The notes under the pieces: model-generated
Database searches by the model: none
Seen by the model: the letters and a program-made list of their open reading frames with translations, nothing else
What the model was told of the DNA's origin: nothing
From: Macrostomum lignano
Taxonomy: Eukaryota
Length of the DNA stretch: 64,000 nt
Assembly: GCA_002269645.1 (NCBI GenBank)
Contig: NIVC01004005.1
Span: 1 to 64,000, forward strand
Direction: 5' to 3'
Part shown: positions 57,801-64,000 of the stretch, one piece after another
Layout of the letters: each line of letters starts with the position of its first letter
Numbering within the stretch: position 1 is the stretch's first letter
Program-made: the position numbers and the translations under genes

Positions 57801-59494
57801 CGACCCACGGCGCCGGGCCGTCGACGGGCTCAATGATCCCGAGCTGCTCTAACAACTGCAGTTCCTTGTCCACCGCGTCTGCCAGGTGGATCGGCACCTT
57901 CGAAGGCGCATGGCAGACCGGGCGGGCGCTGTCGGTGAGGTGGATGTCGGCAGGCGGCCCGGTGAAGCAGCCGATTCCGCTGAACACGCTGGCGTGCTTG
58001 CGCAGCACCCTGCCGATGTCCTCGACGTGTCCTTGAGGCACTCCGCTGGATCTCGTGCCGCTGAGAAGGCCATCGACCGCCGCCTCCGCTTCAGCGACCT
58101 GCAGCACCCGCTGTCCGGCTGTCGGTGGTGGCCCGACCCGCAGGATGTCCATCTGAGTGGCCGTCTGCCTGCCGATGATGGTGATGCCTCTCCCTTCGAC
58201 GACGTGGAACGTGGCGACTGCCTGCCGGCCGAAAATGCGGACGTCCATCGCCGCCTTGCCCAGCAGCTGCATCGGCCTGTCCGACCCGTACGCGAACAGC
58301 CTGTCCGAGGTGGTCTGCAGGTGCGGCCGCTGTCTCAGGCTCTCGAACGTGGCCCGGTTGATCACATTTCGAGCCGCACCGCTGTCAATCAACACCGACA
58401 GTCTGGAGCCGTTGATCTCGGCTATTGTGTGGGCCGACTGCTCACCCTGATCGACCTCGAACACGCCGGAGTCCGGGTGGTCCACCTTCTGGTAGCTGGT
58501 CTCGCCTTGCAGCGTTGCGACGGCGTCGGCGCCGCTCTGCGGGGCGCCCTGCTTGGACCTGCAGGCTCGCGCGAAGTGGCCCGGCTTCCCGCACTTTCTG
58601 CAGCTCTTGCCCTGCGCTGCGGTGCACGTGGGGTGCCCTGGCCTGCCGCAGCGATCGCACGATACGTGCTGCGTTGGTGTCTGCGGCATCTGTGGCTTCT
58701 GGTCTCTTCTGACTGCTGCGAGCTGCTGCGGTTCCCCTGGTCTGTCGCTCTCCATCACGGTGGCCTGCTGCTCCGCGGCTTCTTTCGCCCTCGCCTTTTT
58801 GAGCACATCTGCCAGGGAGATATTGTTGGTCTGCAAGAAGTCTCTCCTGAGTCTCTCAGATTCGCAGTAGGCGACGATTTTGTCACGGATCAGCGAGTCT
58901 CTGAGGGTCCCGAACTCACACGGCTCCGCCGCCTTGCGCAGACGCTGATACCACTGGTCGATCTGCTCGCCAGGCTGCTGTCTGCAGGTCTCAAACTTGA
59001 AACGCAGGAACACAATGTTATTCTTCCCGTCCCAGAACGTCTGGATGTTTTTCGCGAGGCTGCTGTAGTCCTCTCCAGAGGCGATCTCGTTCTCTTCGAC
59101 TACAGCCTGCAGCTCCTCTCCTGCGGCGTACAGCAGCAGCTGCTGCCCTCGAGTCTTGTCGGTGATTCCAGCTGCATTGATGTACGTGGCGAAGCGACGA
59201 GTCCATGCAGTCCAGCGCTGTGCTGTGGAGTGGCAGTCGCTATCGATTGTAAACGGCCCGGGTGGCGCGAGTGAAATTTGCTGAGTCATGATTTTTAAAG
59301 GTTCAGTTCTTGCGACGCCATTGTAGTAACTTAGTCAGAGGCCGTGTTTGCTGTGTAGCCAAACTCTTACAAATCTTGCCGCGCTGGGCACGAGTCTATA
59401 TATTATGGAGTTAGAATTGGGGTGGCGGCACCCACCCCACTCCGCAGCCAATCAGACTGCCCGGGCGTACCATACTGTGCGTACGCACACTACA
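54889..59494 (-). mobile_element. Full-length Ty3/Gypsy LTR retrotransposon (Mag-like), 4606 bp
   Basis: LTRs 54889-55061 and 59322-59494 (173 bp, TG...CA, 1 mismatch). TSD AGGCG (54884-54888 and 59495-59499). PBS TGGCGTCGCAAG at about 59303-59320 (-). PPT AAGGGGAGAGA at 55062-55072 (-). Domain order gag-PR-RT-RH-IN. Confidence 0.98.
55287..59289 (-). CDS. gag-pol polyprotein with two 1-bp frameshifts (near 57318 and 56194)
   Basis: Gag WTAWTRRFATY, zinc knuckle CRKCGKPGHFARAC, protease LIDSGA, RT IHDD, RNase H DAGPTGLGA..YSQTEKEALA..SDHKPL, integrase HHCC and D-D-E (ADFVGP, TDNGPPF, NGMTERLN). Confidence 0.93.
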
Positions 59495-59499
59495 AGGCG

Positions 59500-61325
59500 G
59501 ACATAAATATAGACACTAAGACATACACTAAGGCAGATACTGAGACAGACACTGAGGCAGACACTGAGACAGACACTAGGACAGACACCAGTACAGACAC
59601 TAAGACAGACACTAGGACAGACACGAGGACAGACACTAGGACAAACACTAGGACAGACACGAGGACAGACACTAGGACAGACACTAGGACAGACACGAGG
59701 ACAGACACTAGGACAGACACTAGGACAGACACTAGGACAGACACTAGGACAGACACTAGGACAGACACTAGGACAGACACTAGGACAGACACTAGGACAA
59801 ACACTAGGACAGACACTAGGACAGACACTAGGACAGACACGAGGACAGACACTAGGACAGACACTAGGACAGACACTAGGACAAACACTAGGACAGACAC
59901 TAGGACAAACACTAAGGCAGATACTGAGACAGACACTGAGGCAGACACTGAGACAGACACTAGGACAGACACCAGTACAGACACTAAGACAGACACTAGG
60001 ACAGACACGAGGACAGACACTAGGACAAACACTAGGACAGACACGAGGACAGACACTAGGACAGACACTAGGACAGACACGAGGACAGACACTAGGACAG
60101 ACACGAGGACAGACACTAGGACAGACACTAAGACATACACTAAGGCAGATACTGAGACAGACACTGAGGCAGACACTGAGACAGACACTAGGACAGACAC
60201 CAGTACAGACACTAAGACAGACACTAGGACAGACACGAGGACAGACACTAGGACAAACACTAGGACAGACACGAGGACAGACACTAGGACAGACACTAGG
60301 ACAGACACTAGGACATAGGACAGACACTAGGACAGACACTAGGACAGACACTAGGACAGACACTAGGACAGACACTAGGACAGACACTAGGACAGACACT
60401 AGGACAGACACTAGGACAGACACTAGGACAGACACTAGGACAGACACTAGGACAGACACGAGGACAGACACTAGGACAGACACGAGGACAGACACTAGGA
60501 CAGACACTAGGACAGACACGAGGACAGACACTAGGACAGACACTAGGACAGACACTAGGACAGACACTAGGACAGACACTAGGACAGACACGAGGACAGA
60601 CACTAGGACAGACACTAGGACAGACACGAGGACAGACACTAGGACAGACACGAGGACAGACACTAGGACAGACACTAGGACAGACACTAGGACAGACACT
60701 AGGACAGACACGAGGACAGACACTAGGACAGACACGAGGACAGACACTAGGACAGACACGAGGACAGACACTAGAGACACAGACACACTAGGACAGACAC
60801 TAGGACAGACACTAGGACAGACACTAGGACAGACACTAGGACAGACACTAGGACAGACACTAGGACAGACACTAGGACAGACACTAGGACAGACACGAGG
60901 ACAGACACTAGGACAGACACGAGACAGACACTAGGACAGACACTAGGACAGACACTAGGACAGACACTAGGACAGACACTAGGACAGACACTAGGACAGA
61001 CACTAGGACAGACACTAGGACAGACACTAGGACAGACACTAGGACAGACACTAGGACAGACATAGGACAGACACGAGGACAGACACTAGGACAGACACTA
61101 GGACAGACACTAGGACAGACACTAGGACAGACACTAGGACAGACACTAGGACAGACACTAGGACAGACACTAGGACAGACACTAGGACAGACACTAGGAC
61201 AGACACTAGGACAGACACTAGGACAGACACTAGGACAGACACTAGGACAGACACTAGGACAGACACTAGGACAGACACTAGGACAGACACTAGGACAGAC
61301 ACTAGGACAGACACTAGGACAGACA
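59500..61325. repeat. 12-bp satellite GACAGACACTAG with higher-order variant blocks
   Basis: More than 100 units; a variant block recurs near 59520, 59915 and 60130. Confidence 0.97.
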
Positions 61326-62029
61326 GAGGACAGTGCAGTGAGTTGAGCATGCTTCTACTTTAATTGTCCATGCTAAAGCAGGTACACTTAACAACGGTTA
61401 AGTCTAATTAGTTTTGCTTTCGTTCGTATATTGAATACATTTACTACTGGCGAGGCACTCCTGAGTAGTAAATGTGGCATTTGAGAGCTGTTTTAATGCA
61501 AAGTTAAGCCCCATCATTAGAGGTCGATTGGTCTCTAAGCATTTTCAATTTGTAGGGTAAGTGCACCCGGCAACACAGGAAATGTTCAATGATAGCAATC
61601 CTAATCAAAGCAAATACAAATAATGCGATCCGACTTGGAACTGCATGATCAAGCCACCCCGCCCACCGCGCTGCGGGATGTCGCGCGCTGGAAATGGAAG
61701 ATGAAGAGCGGAGAGGTAGGGAGCGGAGATGTTGCGGATCAGATCGACTCGGGCGCAATTATTGCGGCAGTGCTCTTTGGAGCCGCCTTCCTTGAGGGGA
61801 AATGCGAGAACATTGCAGCCCTCACAGCAACAGAGGCGAGCCAGCTAGCGCTTTTACCCGCAGCGGCCTGTGTTGGCGAGGGCGTCCATTTTAGACTGTT
61901 GCATCATTTCATTTAGCGGGGAGCTGTCGCGTTGAAGAATGGCAGTGAAAGTTTTGAAATTAATTTGTGCTTGTTGCGAAAACAGATAATTTAAGAGACT
62001 AAGTATAGAAGCGGACTGGTAGTATCTAA

Positions 62030-64000
<1,971 letters not shown>

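Noticed and set aside
57886-59274. 462-aa + strand ORF inside the retrotransposon
   Set aside because: Antisense shadow of GC-rich gag-pol; no independent motif.

Overview
Eukaryotic (animal) genomic DNA with GT-AG spliced genes, GC-rich exons full of poly-Ala/Gly/Pro/Gln runs, and introns packed with tandem repeats. The style resembles the flatworm Macrostomum, but that is inference only. Six host genes can be reconstructed with phase-consistent splice sites: the 5' part of an SLC22-type organic cation transporter (- strand, runs off the left edge), an NPY/NPF-receptor-like GPCR (+), an intronless BTB/POZ protein (-), a Cbl E3 ligase (+), a 12-exon TOGARAM1/crescerin gene (-, about 1655 aa) and PRC1/Ase1 (-, about 527 aa). 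Mobile DNA includes a near-intact, very young Ty3/Gypsy (Mag-like) LTR retrotransposon (54889-59494, 173-bp LTRs differing at 1 base, 5-bp TSD), a 2.2-kb solo-LTR-like insertion with a 4-bp TSD in a TOGARAM intron, several MITE/foldback elements with TSDs, and SINE-like remnants. The right end is a GACA-derived satellite block. The most notable observations are: (i) many introns carry their own private mini/microsatellite, often abutting a splice site and built from splice-site-like motifs; (ii) a candidate internal first exon in TOGARAM encoding MGCGSS (a dual-acylation motif), which would give a membrane-anchored TOG3/4-only isoform; (iii) a Cbl RING lacking the E2-binding Trp; (iv) an antisense LTR promoter cassette inside TOGARAM. 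All calls come from manual reading; no database searches were run.
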